Shown: in pieces, positions 1 through 9,041 of the stretch
Position numbering within the stretch: position 1 is the first letter of the stretch
Layout of the letters: every line of letters starts with the position of its first letter
NCBI GenBank assembly: GCA_020725925.1
Contig: DYTN01000006.1
Span: forward strand, 20,269-84,268
Length of the DNA stretch: 64,000 bases
From: Methanobacteriota archaeon
GTDB lineage: Archaea > Thermoplasmatota > Thermoplasmata > UBA10834
Direction: 5' to 3'
Made by a program: the position numbers and the translations under genes
Notes under the pieces: generated by a model
The model's database searches: none
The model's input: only the letters and a program-made list of their open reading frames with translations
Told to the model about the DNA's origin: nothing

Positions 1-1
1 A

Positions 2-2875
2 TCGTGGAATGCAGCGGCGGAGGATGTCTGGACCAAGGAAGGTCTTGCTCTGGACGTAGGATCCTCTCAGGAATGGGACAGCAATGAGGTTCACTCTCCG
101 TCGGTATTAAGGGAAGCAGACGGAACCTACAAGATGTGGTATGCTGGCAACGACGGTATTCGCGGCCACGCCGGTATAGGGTACGCGATTTCAACGGATG
201 GCATCACATGGCAGAAGCCCAGCCTGCGACTCATCTCATACGGAGGGAGCACCGACAACAACATGGTGATGACGGTTGGACTGCCAGGATCATGGGATGA
301 CCTGTCAGTTAGTATGCCATGTGTCCTGAAAGAAGGTGAGACGTACAAGATGTGGTTCACCGGGAACCGTGCTGACACGTGGATGATTGGGTACGCGGCC
401 TCCTCTGATGGAATCCACTGGGATGAATTTGCGGGGAATCCTATCATGGTACCTGGTGCGTATTCGTGGGAAAGCACGGACATCTACGGTCCGACTGTCG
501 TGAACGACGGTAGCGCATATCGAATGTGGTACACCGGTGTGGCTGGCTACGTCGACAAGATTGGATACGCCTACTCGAATGATGGTATCGTTTGGACCAA
601 GCATCCTGATGCGGTGATTCCGCCTAGCTCTAGCGGTTGGGATGCTGGAGAGACGTTCCTGCCGTTTGTACTGAAGACCTCGACGGGTTTCGAGATGTGG
701 TATTGCGGGATTTCTGGAATAGATGTCTGGGACAACAGAATGGGGTACGCAATCTCGGCGGATGGCGTCAACTGGGCCAAGAAGGGCATCGTCCTAGACC
801 ACGGTTCACCTGGTCAGGACGACGATGGAGCCCTCGCCTCGCCGTGTGTGCTCAGAGAAGCTGATGGTTCTCTGAAGATATGGTACGCAGGCTACCACAA
901 CTATCGCATTAGGATTCTATTCGCCTCTGGTGCGGAGGTTGCACAGCCGGGTTTCACCGAATCCTACGACGGCTACGCATCAGTAGATGATGCTACGTAT
1001 CGAGCAGTTTGGACGAGCTGGACACCACCTGTCGGATATGGACAGACCAGCTCGACCATTGTTGACGGTGCGTTGAGGTGCGAAATCACGAATTCCTGGA
1101 ATACAGCGACTGCGATCGGCTTCGATGCAACCCACGAAGTTGCCTCGGACTTCTCTTTGGAATTCGACGTGGCAGATTTCAACAGGGGTCCAGGAGGTCC
1201 CACTCTTGTCGAGATGGCGGGGATTGACTTCCGAAGCGATGGCCAGAATTGCTACCGCTTGATGATCCAGTATTCACAGGAACTGGACAGTTTCCGCGAC
1301 CTATTATGGAAGATTCCTGACAGACACTCCTGGCCGCAGCATCCTTCCATCCTTGCAAGCACGCCCTGGATATCCTCGTCGTGGCCGCAGTCACACCACT
1401 ATAAGATCGAATGCGTAGGGTTCTCGACAATGGTTTGGCGTGATCACTCATCTGTGCCGATAATGACTGCAACGGACTTCTCGCTGTTATCGGGGTACAT
1501 CGGTACGTATTTCGAATCTGGAAACGGAAATGACGGCCCCATCAACGCATGGACAGTGCTAGATAACATTCATCTCGAACGCCTTCCTATTCAATCGTGG
1601 GTGAAGGGCGGCCGGGCCGTCAATCCCGGAAGCGCTTACCCAGATTGGGACAGCCTCGGAGTTGCCGTCTGTTGCGTGATTCACGACGACGATGGCCTGT
1701 ACAAGATGTGGTACAACGCACATGATGGTGCTTTCGCAAACATCGGGTACGCCTACTCGATGGACGGTCTGAACTGGGAGAAGCCGAATCTTGGAATAGT
1801 CGAATACATGGGATCCACTGACAACAATATCGTCATCACGCACGGACCGAGCGGAAGCTGGAAGAACCTTGGTGCCATGGGGCCGTACGTGATCAAAGAC
1901 AACGGGTTGTACAGGATGTGGTATGTCGGTGATGGCGACCACACGCTTGCAATCGGCTACGCAACGTCCACGGATGGGATCCACTGGTCTGACTACCCGA
2001 GCAATCCGGTGCTGTCTCCAGGATCGTTCTGGTGGGAGAGCACGGATGTCTACGGTCCATGCGTTGTGAGAGATGGCAGCACTCTTAAGATGTGGTATAC
2101 CGGAGTTGAGGGCTACATCGACAAAATCGGGTACGCAACATCCTCGGATGGCGTCACTTGGGTCAAGAACGCGGAGCCCGTCCTGTCCCTCGGACCTGGA
2201 TGGGACGCGGGAGAGGTGTTCATTCCACGAGTACTTAAGCACGGTGGAGCGTTCGAGATGTATTACTCTGGAATCTCTGCAATCGACGTACCTGACAACA
2301 AGATAGGGCACGCGGTATCGCTAGATGGACTCACCTGGACCAAGAAGGGTATCTCGATATCCAACGGCGGGCCTGGAGACCTAGACGAGAGAGAGGCAAA
2401 CAGCGGCTGTGTCATCCTCGAGGCCGATGGTTCATTCAGGATGTGGTACACGGGCAAGGACGCGGCAGGCACGAACCGAGTCCTTTGGGCGTCACTACAG
2501 ATGCCTACAATAACAGCCCTGATTGATATCAAACCAGGAAGCTATCCGAACTCGATCAACATCGGCGATATCGGTGCGATTCCTGTTGCAATCTTGGGCA
2601 ACCCGGGCTTGGATGTAAGACAAATCGACCCATCCTCTGTGAACCTGCAGGGCTTGCACGTCAAGATCGTTGGGAAGAGCGGAAAGTATCTTGCCCACTA
2701 CGAAGACATCAACGGAGACGGGTTCACCGATCTCGTCGTTCAGATAGACGATACGGACGGTGTGTTCGTGGAGGGCCAGATGACGGCTGTCCTCAAGGCT
2801 GTCCTGAAGAACGGCCAGCTTGTCGAGGGATCGGATTCTGTCAGAGTCGTCCCGCCGAACAATCCGCCATCTTAG
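2..2875 (+). CDS. Large secreted/surface protein, 5'-truncated by the window: repeated five-bladed beta-propeller blades (GH32/GH43/GH130-like), a central beta-sandwich and a C-terminal 'IDIKPGSYPNSIN' domain
   Basis: The frame is open from base 2 (SWNAAAEDVWTKEG...YKMWY) into the 134..2875 ORF. The motif 'YKMWY.G...IGYA.S.DG..W.K' recurs many times in two internally duplicated blocks. The C-terminus has DIKPGS.PNSIN and EDINGDGFTDL. Confidence 0.75.
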   Translation, partial: SWNAAAEDVWTKEGLALDVGSSQEWDSNEVHSPSVLREADGTYKMWYAGNDGIRGHAGIGYAISTDGITWQKPSLRLISYGGSTDNNMVMTVGLPGSWDDLSVSMPCVLKEGETYKMWFTGNRADTWMIGYAASSDGIHWDEFAGNPIMVPGAYSWESTDIYGPTVVNDGSAYRMWYTGVAGYVDKIGYAYSNDGIVWTKHPDAVIPPSSSGWDAGETFLPFVLKTSTGFEMWYCGISGIDVWDNRMGYAISADGVNWAKKGIVLDHGSPGQDDDGALASPCVLREADGSLKIWYAGYHNYRIRILFASGAEVAQPGFTESYDGYASVDDATYRAVWTSWTPPVGYGQTSSTIVDGALRCEITNSWNTATAIGFDATHEVASDFSLEFDVADFNRGPGGPTLVEMAGIDFRSDGQNCYRLMIQYSQELDSFRDLLWKIPDRHSWPQHPSILASTPWISSSWPQSHHYKIECVGFSTMVWRDHSSVPIMTATDFSLLSGYIGTYFESGNGNDGPINAWTVLDNIHLERLPIQSWVKGGRAVNPGSAYPDWDSLGVAVCCVIHDDDGLYKMWYNAHDGAFANIGYAYSMDGLNWEKPNLGIVEYMGSTDNNIVITHGPSGSWKNLGAMGPYVIKDNGLYRMWYVGDGDHTLAIGYATSTDGIHWSDYPSNPVLSPGSFWWESTDVYGPCVVRDGSTLKMWYTGVEGYIDKIGYATSSDGVTWVKNAEPVLSLGPGWDAGEVFIPRVLKHGGAFEMYYSGISAIDVPDNKIGHAVSLDGLTWTKKGISISNGGPGDLDEREANSGCVILEADGSFRMWYTGKDAAGTNRVLWASLQMPTITALIDIKPGSYPNSINIGDIGAIPVAILGNPGLDVRQIDPSSVNLQGLHVKIVGKSGKYLAHYEDINGDGFTDLVVQIDDTDGVFVEGQMTAVLKAVLKNGQLVEGSDSVRVVPPNNPPS

Positions 2876-2892
2876 GCTGAAGTCAAGCTACT

Positions 2893-2914
2893 AAACCCCT
2901 TTCCGTGTTTCCTT
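2893..2914 (+). terminator. Putative pyrimidine-rich archaeal terminator
   Basis: aaacccctttccgtgtttcctt lies just after the stop at 2875. A similar aaaccctttcccttttc follows the 17709..21620 gene. Confidence 0.4.
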
Positions 2915-3276
2915 ACTACTCCGGCGGGAGTCTGGGTGAGAGACTTCTGCATCAATGTCAGGATGGAAACTTCATCGAGTCAATACGCAGAGTATTTTGC
3001 TCCCCTAAGAGCCACCGATGCAGACAGCGCTCGAATCTCTCAAGATCATGTGGACAGGCTTACTATGGAGCACGAAGATGCTAAATGGGGAATCCTGCGC
3101 TCCGTTCGTACCCCAGCTCGTCCCAAGCACATAGAACGAGGACAAATAGAGAGCGATCTCTTCCATCTGGTCACTCGGACGCCTCGTCCGCAGGCCAAAT
3201 CGAAGAGCCTGCAAGTCTGATGTATACCAGCACCGTCAGTGTTCAGACTTCCATTTGAATGCGACTTTACTCAATG

Positions 3277-3300
3277 GTTCACATGCAATGGGATGCAGAC
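3277..3300 (+). repeat. 24-bp site A (putative recombination site)
   Basis: GTTCACAT-GCAATGGG-ATGCAGAC; intergenic, 44 bp before ORF 3345. Confidence 0.75.
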
Positions 3301-3344
3301 TGCGATTCACTGCATGTAGCTGATAGGCTCGTATCGGTGTATGG

Positions 3345-3647
3345 ATGATTCCCACCACGGGGGATAATCTGAACTGTGAGGACGATGATCGTCTCAAGGC
3401 CAAGTTCCTCGGCTGGCTCAAGAGGAATGGTGGAGCGAAGCACCTGACGACATGCGAGAAGAAGCTCCGTCATCTTGGTCTGGACTTGAGCTCTGCCGTA
3501 GGTGACTGGGATAAGGACAAGGTTTCGATTGTTCACAGCAGAGGGGACAAGGTGGTGTGGCTTAGGGACGTCCGCTGGGCAGATGAGTATGCAACTGCCT
3601 ACGACGTTGAGGTTTCTCATCATAGTCAATATCAAAACAAAAGTTAG
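3345..3647 (+). CDS. Hypothetical 100-aa protein, paralog of 14612..14905
   Basis: Shares 'F..WLKRN...K.L..C..KL.H..L' and 'WADE.A..Y.V.V.HH.Q' with the second copy. Confidence 0.75.
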   Translation: MIPTTGDNLNCEDDDRLKAKFLGWLKRNGGAKHLTTCEKKLRHLGLDLSSAVGDWDKDKVSIVHSRGDKVVWLRDVRWADEYATAYDVEVSHHSQYQNKS

Positions 3648-3738
3648 GACAGACAAACATAAATATCTGTAAAGCCTACTATGCTCGTGGATATGAAAGG
3701 TGACCAATGTGCCGTCTCGTGAACAAGTCCCGAGGAGG

Positions 3739-4260
3739 ATGCCGAAGTTGTCCGACTCGCCATTTGGCGGTCTTTTCGGGGATACAGCCGAGATCAGAGT
3801 GCTCCAGGAGATTGTGGCCGATCCGTTTTCGGACTACACCCATCATGATCTCATGGAACTGACTGAACTCTCGGATCCGAGTGTGAGGAGGGGCTTGCAC
3901 GTGTTGCTAAACCAGGGGATAGTTACCAACGTCTCTAATGACCGCCGGAGTCCCCTGTATCGTCCAAATCGTGCTTCGAAGAAGTTGACCGCTCTGATGT
4001 TCCTCGCGTACGCCATTCTTGACGACGAAAACGGCGAGGACTCCATGGACATGGCCGTCAAGGGCTATTGCGAGCCCAGGGCTCCTTACATCGATTTCTT
4101 CGAGATGCCCACTGCCAAGAAGGAAGGCGTCAGGGACTTCGACGGGGCGAGGGTGTACTTGTCGCAGGAAATCACGAGGGATCTCCGCGGAGTACTTCGC
4201 GAGATACTGAAGAAAGGATGCAAGGAAGGCCGGCTCGATAGGATCACAGTCTCGCGCTAG
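3739..4260 (+). CDS. Winged-helix (ArsR-like) DNA-binding protein fused to a DUF3467-like C-terminus
   Basis: RBS gaggagg precedes ATG 3739 (the ORF track extends to GTG 3700). The N-part matches 14957..15466 (PFGGLFG...VLQE.VADP...DL.ELTEL..P.VR). The C-part matches 15470..15811 (YIDF.EMP..KK.G...G.RVY.S). Confidence 0.75.
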   Translation: MPKLSDSPFGGLFGDTAEIRVLQEIVADPFSDYTHHDLMELTELSDPSVRRGLHVLLNQGIVTNVSNDRRSPLYRPNRASKKLTALMFLAYAILDDENGEDSMDMAVKGYCEPRAPYIDFFEMPTAKKEGVRDFDGARVYLSQEITRDLRGVLREILKKGCKEGRLDRITVSR

Positions 4261-4295
4261 ATGCACTGTCCGTATCTGGTGCGCTGAAGCCTAGA

Positions 4296-4319
4296 GTCCA
4301 CATGCAGCGGCATCAGAGC
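4296..4319 (+). repeat. 24-bp site B
   Basis: GTCCACAT-GCAGCGGC-ATCAGAGC; intergenic between 4260 and 4432. Confidence 0.7.
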
Positions 4320-4431
4320 CCATTAGGAGGCAGGCAGCCAGGAGAAAGCATTATCAGGGATGCCAGTGCTATGACTCTCGAATATGTCCCCTGCTGTTCA
4401 TCGCTGATGGACGGCAGGCAATTATCCACGA

Positions 4432-5091
4432 CTAGCTCTTCTTGCGCGCACGAAGCTTCTTCTCAGTCATCTCCTCGAGCTCGATCTTGATTGGAGACAC
4501 GACACCCCTCTCTTCCTCCAGCTCCTGCAGCCTCACCGCGAGATAACCCTCAAGGATCACCTCGCCACTCTGCGCCTCACACTCCTCCAGAATAGTGCGC
4601 CACTCAAGGCCTCGTTCTGCCAGACGAGCCATATCGTTGAGGTCGCCCTCTCGTTCAGTCACGCTCTTGAACAGGAAGATGTCTTCTGCAGACACGAGGT
4701 AGACTTCGAGTTTCCCATGCCTTGAATGGAGCTTGGAACGCGCGGCCATGCGAGGAGTGACCTTGATCTTTCTGCAGACTGTCTCTAGAAAGATGTCGAC
4801 ACGCATGCCCTTCTTGTCTTCCATCATGATTGCTGTTCCAAGACGACAATAGACATTGTCCTTCGGCACTACCACTCGGAAATCCTCCGTCGACAGCGCC
4901 TTGACCACCGATTCAGCCTCGTTCGCTGTGAGCAGTACCAGATCGATATCCTTGGTTGCGATCTTGGCGTTGTACAGAATCATTGCGCAGCCGCCAATTA
5001 GGTACGCCCTGACGTCGTCTGCTAGGGCTTGCCCCATTTGATTCAGAGCTCGTTCTAGATCATCCTTGCTTGACAATGCCCTATTGTTCAT
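4432..5091 (-). CDS. DUF6036-like nucleotidyltransferase (AbiEii-like toxin fold)
   Basis: Motifs 'YLIGGCAMILY...ATKDIDLV' and 'LFKSVTEREGDLND'. Overlaps the upstream HTH gene by 4 bp. Confidence 0.7.
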   Translation of the reverse strand: MNNRALSSKDDLERALNQMGQALADDVRAYLIGGCAMILYNAKIATKDIDLVLLTANEAESVVKALSTEDFRVVVPKDNVYCRLGTAIMMEDKKGMRVDIFLETVCRKIKVTPRMAARSKLHSRHGKLEVYLVSAEDIFLFKSVTEREGDLNDMARLAERGLEWRTILEECEAQSGEVILEGYLAVRLQELEEERGVVSPIKIELEEMTEKKLRARKKS

Positions 5092-6044
5092 ATGACGCCG
5101 CTCCCCAACTTGCCCTTGAGCTCGTCCAACTTCGGGAATGTGGGCGGTCGACTCACATCTGGATCTCTGAAGTAGTTGCGAATCGTCTCGAGATCGTCCT
5201 GTAGACCATACCTTGAAGCGCCTCTCCGGAGCCGGGCAAAATCTCGGGATAGGTTATTCCTGAGCCAGAGCATCAGTATCGCGGTATTCTCTCTGGTGTC
5301 CCGAGGCCTTAGAAGCATCGACTGCAGTAACACTTCATCAATTGTCCTGCGCCATTTTCCGATTGGATGGTAGTAGTACCGCCACGCCACGAAAAGTTGA
5401 ACGCCGTACTGCTCGAAGGCGGAAAACGCAGTCAGTCTGAAGTCCTCGCTCTCCTCGGCGCACTTGGTCCTGATGATGAATTCGCGACCTCGCTGCCAGA
5501 TCACCGTTGCATCGGAGCAGAACTCCTTCGCCTCAATCTGATTGGAGTACTCGTCGAACTCCTGCACGAATTCCGCAATGGGCTGGAAGCGGTCCGATAT
5601 CTCATAGATCCCCCTGGTCCGAGCACGCACCACCCCCAGTTCGCTCAACTGCTTCAGGGTCGTGTGGAGCGTTCTCGCTGAGACACCTGTGGACTGCATG
5701 AGGCTGGCTCTTGAGGATTCGGGGTATGCCGCGAGAGCCGAGAGGACGTTAAGAGATGCCAGCGAGATGATTCCTTCCAGCTTCATATGGCTGAACTCAT
5801 CAAGCACCCTCCTCAATCGTGACGCGTGCTTCTGGCGGGACATCGAGATCGAGGTCGTCATTCCCCGCCTGTCGACGTCCACCAATCCCTTGATCTTCAG
5901 CGATTTGACCAAGCGGGAGAGCTCCTGCGGGGAGATGTCCAAATCCTGAGCGACGGTCTTGGTGGCTTGGCCTTTCTCCCTGATGCTTCTCAGGACGGAG
6001 ATTTCCAAGGGTGTCAAGCGGGAGATTGCGTGGTTCATATGCAA
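5088..6044 (-). CDS. Tandem winged-helix (MarR-like) protein, putative AbiEi-type antitoxin/regulator
   Basis: Two HTH-like segments ('KTVAQDLDISPQELSRLVKSLKIKGLV', 'ARTLHTTLKQLSELGVV'). Translationally coupled to the nucleotidyltransferase. Confidence 0.65.
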   Translation of the reverse strand: MHMNHAISRLTPLEISVLRSIREKGQATKTVAQDLDISPQELSRLVKSLKIKGLVDVDRRGMTTSISMSRQKHASRLRRVLDEFSHMKLEGIISLASLNVLSALAAYPESSRASLMQSTGVSARTLHTTLKQLSELGVVRARTRGIYEISDRFQPIAEFVQEFDEYSNQIEAKEFCSDATVIWQRGREFIIRTKCAEESEDFRLTAFSAFEQYGVQLFVAWRYYYHPIGKWRRTIDEVLLQSMLLRPRDTRENTAILMLWLRNNLSRDFARLRRGASRYGLQDDLETIRNYFRDPDVSRPPTFPKLDELKGKLGSGVI

Positions 6045-6048
6045 TAAT

Positions 6049-6074
6049 TGTTAATAACTTATAAGTATTTAACA
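6049..6074 (-). promoter_or_regulatory. 26-bp near-perfect palindrome centred on TTATAA (promoter/operator of the HTH-NTase operon)
   Basis: TGTTAATAACTTATAAGTATTTAACA matches its reverse complement at 22/26 positions and lies directly upstream of the 6044/6038 start. Confidence 0.6.
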
Positions 6075-6115
6075 TTTTTTGCACATTTAGCCAGAGGATG
6101 CTCGGAGCATATGAA

Positions 6116-6172
6116 GGTGTCCAGTGGGAGTTGACACCCTATATTAGCAAATCAAGGGGAATTGTTGACACC
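6116..6172. promoter_or_regulatory. Operator-like motif GGTGTC-N11-GACACC plus a third TTGACAC half-site
   Basis: 6116..6144 matches 14418..14446 at 25/29. An extra TTGACAC lies 34 bp downstream in both copies. Confidence 0.55.
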
Positions 6173-6183
6173 TAGGTGAGGTT

Positions 6184-6207
6184 GGCTGCTTGTAGCAGGA
6201 ATTATCA
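6184..6207 (+). repeat. Integrase-proximal variant site I1 (attI-like)
   Basis: GGCTGCTT-GTAGCAGG-AATTATCA; the spacer starts 46 bp before the S-R-D codons of integrase 1, the same offset as I2. Confidence 0.5.
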
Positions 6208-6234
6208 GGACAGATCGGGGGCCTCGCTCAGGCA

Positions 6235-7215
6235 GTGTCTCGCGACTCATGGGTCCGTTGTCAGCAAGCGTACTTCGATGCGATCAGGTCCTACTACGCG
6301 CCAAGGACACTCCATTCTATGGAGCGTGGGTTCAGGACGATTCACGGGGCCTTTCTGGAGCTTCAAAATCAGGGCAAGGTACGGACTAGCAATCCGCAGA
6401 AGCTCACCAAGGATGACATCGCCGCATTCATGGAATGGATGAGAACAAGGAGGACGAGGACCGGCCTCAGTCTCGCTCACTCCACCCAGGCCAACTACAT
6501 GGACTACCTGAACGGCTTCCTTAGGTTCGAGAGTAACGGCGTGATCGACCAGATGAGGAAGCTCCACTATGTACGATTCCCTCAGAAGGTGCAGGGCGAG
6601 GTGAAGGTCCTGACGGAATCGAGACTGGAGGAGCTCCGGTTCAAGCTGCGAACGATGCCGGGGTATGAGGGGGCCGTCGCCCGGTTCATGGTGGCAATGT
6701 ACGCATACTCCGGTCTGAGGAGATCGGAGCTGCGCTTGTCGAGGCTCGAGGATCTGCGCCTCGATACCTGGACCATCTTGGTGGCCCACCCAAAGGGCGA
6801 AAGCAGCTGGGCGGCAGCGGCTCCCGCTCAGATACTGCCGCCTGCCCGCGATACTGTGCGAGAATTCCTGCGCGAGCGAAGACGGTATCTCCGGGCCTCA
6901 GGGGTATCGTCCTGCGAGGCCCTCGTCCCGAAGATATCGAATGGGGTGGCCGGCTACTGGACTGACGGGATGTGGGGCAAGGTCAAGGCAGCAGCAGTGG
7001 AGTGGTCCGGGATCAGGTTCCGCATCCAGGCGCTCCGAGCGACCTTCGGACAGATGAGCATCGATTGGGGCTGTCGGCTCGATGCGGTGTCGAGGGCGCT
7101 TCGCCACAAGACAACTCGGACCACAGAACTATACTATGCGAGGATTCGTTCCGATCATGCCTTTCGCCTGCTTGAGGAAGCATACGAGGGTGCCCACCAG
7201 GGGAGCGCCAAGTAG
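6235..7215 (+). CDS. Tyrosine recombinase / site-specific integrase (copy 1)
   Basis: Catalytic motifs SGLRRSEL (R), HPKG (K), QALRATF (QxxR in place of HxxR), LRHK (H) and ELYY (Y). Confidence 0.9.
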   Translation: MSRDSWVRCQQAYFDAIRSYYAPRTLHSMERGFRTIHGAFLELQNQGKVRTSNPQKLTKDDIAAFMEWMRTRRTRTGLSLAHSTQANYMDYLNGFLRFESNGVIDQMRKLHYVRFPQKVQGEVKVLTESRLEELRFKLRTMPGYEGAVARFMVAMYAYSGLRRSELRLSRLEDLRLDTWTILVAHPKGESSWAAAAPAQILPPARDTVREFLRERRRYLRASGVSSCEALVPKISNGVAGYWTDGMWGKVKAAAVEWSGIRFRIQALRATFGQMSIDWGCRLDAVSRALRHKTTRTTELYYARIRSDHAFRLLEEAYEGAHQGSAK

Positions 7216-7299
7216 GGCCCCCAATCTGTATGCTTTTATTTCATACGCGCTAACTAAGGCATATTGGTTTATATAGTATGTATGCTTTAGACTCTATGA

Positions 7300-8196
7300 A
7301 TGAATGAAATCATACTTGACCGTCTGCGTGATACATTGCTCACGCGAACCTCTCTCGATCGTCTTCCGGAAGATGTCTGGAAGCGATCGAGCGCCCTGAA
7401 TACTTGGGGAACCAACGCCATCGAAGGCAACACCTTGACTTGGAAGGAAGTTGAGAGACTGCTGCTTGAGGGCAAGAACATTGGGAACAGACCCATCCGC
7501 GATGTTCTCGAGACGATTCAACACGAAAGCACTTACAGGGACCTTCTACAGCGCAGGAGTCAGCCAATCACTCTGGTGACAGTGCTCGAGCTTCACGAAT
7601 CGGTGTTCAAGCGAGTGAAGGCGGATGCAGGCCAGTGGAGACGAGTCAACGTACGAATCACAGGATCGACACTCGTTCCTCCTCGGATGGAGAAGGTGGT
7701 GCCGGAGATGGAGGCCCTTCTCAGGCAATATGATAATCGGGACTTGGAAGGTGCGGAGACCTTCGACTTGGGAGCCTGGTTTCATCACGGATTCGAGTCT
7801 GTTCATCCTTTCAGCGATGGCAATGGCAGAGTCGGCAGACTTCTTCTCAACCTCCATTTCCTCAGGCGCAATTGGCCTCCCATTCATGTCCTTCCTCCGG
7901 ATAGGGAGACCTACCTGTCTGCAATGGAGAAGGGAAATCAATCCGACCTGTCGGATTTGGTGTCCTTTCTCAAGGAGCTGATGGGTCGATCCCTCCTCGA
8001 CCTGCTGGACCAAGTGGGTACTGGGGATGACGAGCTTAGGCCATTGAAGAAGCTCGCGTCGAAGGGGCCATACTCGGCGCACTACCTCAGCCTCAGGGCT
8101 GGCCAAGGGGAGCTGCCGGCGATCAAAGTCTCAGGGGATTGGCGGACCAGCGTCCGTGCGTTGCGACTATATCGGGAATTCACGGGGCGGGATTAG
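7300..8196 (+). CDS. Fic family protein with a C-terminal HTH-like tail
   Basis: Canonical HPFSDGNGRVGR motif; N-terminal 'TNAIEGNTLT'; TATA box tttatata at 7268..7275. Confidence 0.9.
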   Translation: MNEIILDRLRDTLLTRTSLDRLPEDVWKRSSALNTWGTNAIEGNTLTWKEVERLLLEGKNIGNRPIRDVLETIQHESTYRDLLQRRSQPITLVTVLELHESVFKRVKADAGQWRRVNVRITGSTLVPPRMEKVVPEMEALLRQYDNRDLEGAETFDLGAWFHHGFESVHPFSDGNGRVGRLLLNLHFLRRNWPPIHVLPPDRETYLSAMEKGNQSDLSDLVSFLKELMGRSLLDLLDQVGTGDDELRPLKKLASKGPYSAHYLSLRAGQGELPAIKVSGDWRTSVRALRLYREFTGRD

Positions 8197-8205
8197 CGAA
8201 ACGTC

Positions 8206-8257
8206 CTACCCTCACATTTCCCAGAAATTGGCCGAAACAGCGAAATTGTGAGGGTAG
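8206..8257. terminator. Inverted repeat / hairpin after the fic gene
   Basis: Perfect 11-bp arms ctaccctcaca (8206..8216) and tgtgagggtag (8247..8257). Confidence 0.4.
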
Positions 8258-8310
8258 ACCTGCGCACGTGAAGCGGCGCCCCGCTCTTTCAGAAGATATC
8301 AGTCGAGACG

Positions 8311-8334
8311 GTTTGCATGTAGGGGAATTCGAAT
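8311..8334 (+). repeat. 24-bp site C
   Basis: GTTTGCAT-GTAGGGGA-ATTCGAAT; shares 15 identical bp (tgcatgtaggggaat) with site F. Confidence 0.75.
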
Positions 8335-8444
8335 CCGCAGCTATGGCTCTCTTCCGACGCAGCCGCTTGGAGCTGGCTCCTTTGTGATATAGATTATTCG
8401 TGTAAACTATTTATATGGGTAAATCATTCCATGCTCCCGAGACA

Positions 8445-9041
8445 ATGAACACGGATGCTCTAATCGCCGACAAGCTTCTCTCCGTTGCGCGGTTGTGGGG
8501 GGAAGCAAGTGACATGATCTATTCTGGAGTCCGTAAGGATGGCGACAGGGCCTGGTTTCACATGGCAGGCTACGAGGTGCTGAACCACATCGACAATGGC
8601 ATCACAACCACCAAGAAGCTTGCAGCCGAAGTGAACAGCACGATGGCCAACATCACGCACATGACCAAGGCCTTGGAGGAGAGTGGATGCATAAGGCGGG
8701 AGGTCAACAAGACGGACAAACGTGTGTGGAATTTCCACACGACTTCGAAGGGAAGAAACCTGCTTCGCGTCGTCCGGTTGCAACATGTCGCAGCCATTGG
8801 GCACTTCTGCTCACAATTCACCGAGGATCAGAAGATGTGCGTGTTGACCTTCCTCAGCGCCATCGAAACGCATTTGGTTCAGTTTGTCCGGATACCTGAG
8901 GGCGAGCGAATGAAGATGTTGCAGCAGCACCAGAGTCCTGAGCTGGCGGCTCATTTCAGCTCCATGCAAGCCTCAGGCAAGCGAAGCGCTTCCTCCAGAC
9001 GTAGACGGCTCGTGGGGAAACGGGGAGTTGACCGTGCTTGA
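8445..9041 (+). CDS. MarR family transcriptional regulator
   Basis: 'KKLAAEVNSTMANITHMTKALEESGCIRREVNKTDKRVW..HTTSKG'. The ORF-track start 8415 falls in a TATA-like tttatat about 30 bp before ATG 8445. Confidence 0.75.
   Translation: MNTDALIADKLLSVARLWGEASDMIYSGVRKDGDRAWFHMAGYEVLNHIDNGITTTKKLAAEVNSTMANITHMTKALEESGCIRREVNKTDKRVWNFHTTSKGRNLLRVVRLQHVAAIGHFCSQFTEDQKMCVLTFLSAIETHLVQFVRIPEGERMKMLQQHQSPELAAHFSSMQASGKRSASSRRRRLVGKRGVDRA

Noticed and set aside
2936-3220. 94-aa ORF
   Set aside because: No recognisable motif, RBS or homolog in the window; probably spurious.
3306-3329. tgcatgtag just after site A
   Set aside because: Only the left arm and part of the spacer match; there is no right arm.
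6009-6017. gggtgtcaa, reverse copy of the operator half-site
   Set aside because: It lies inside the HTH coding sequence (R-L-T-P codons), so it cannot be distinguished from chance.
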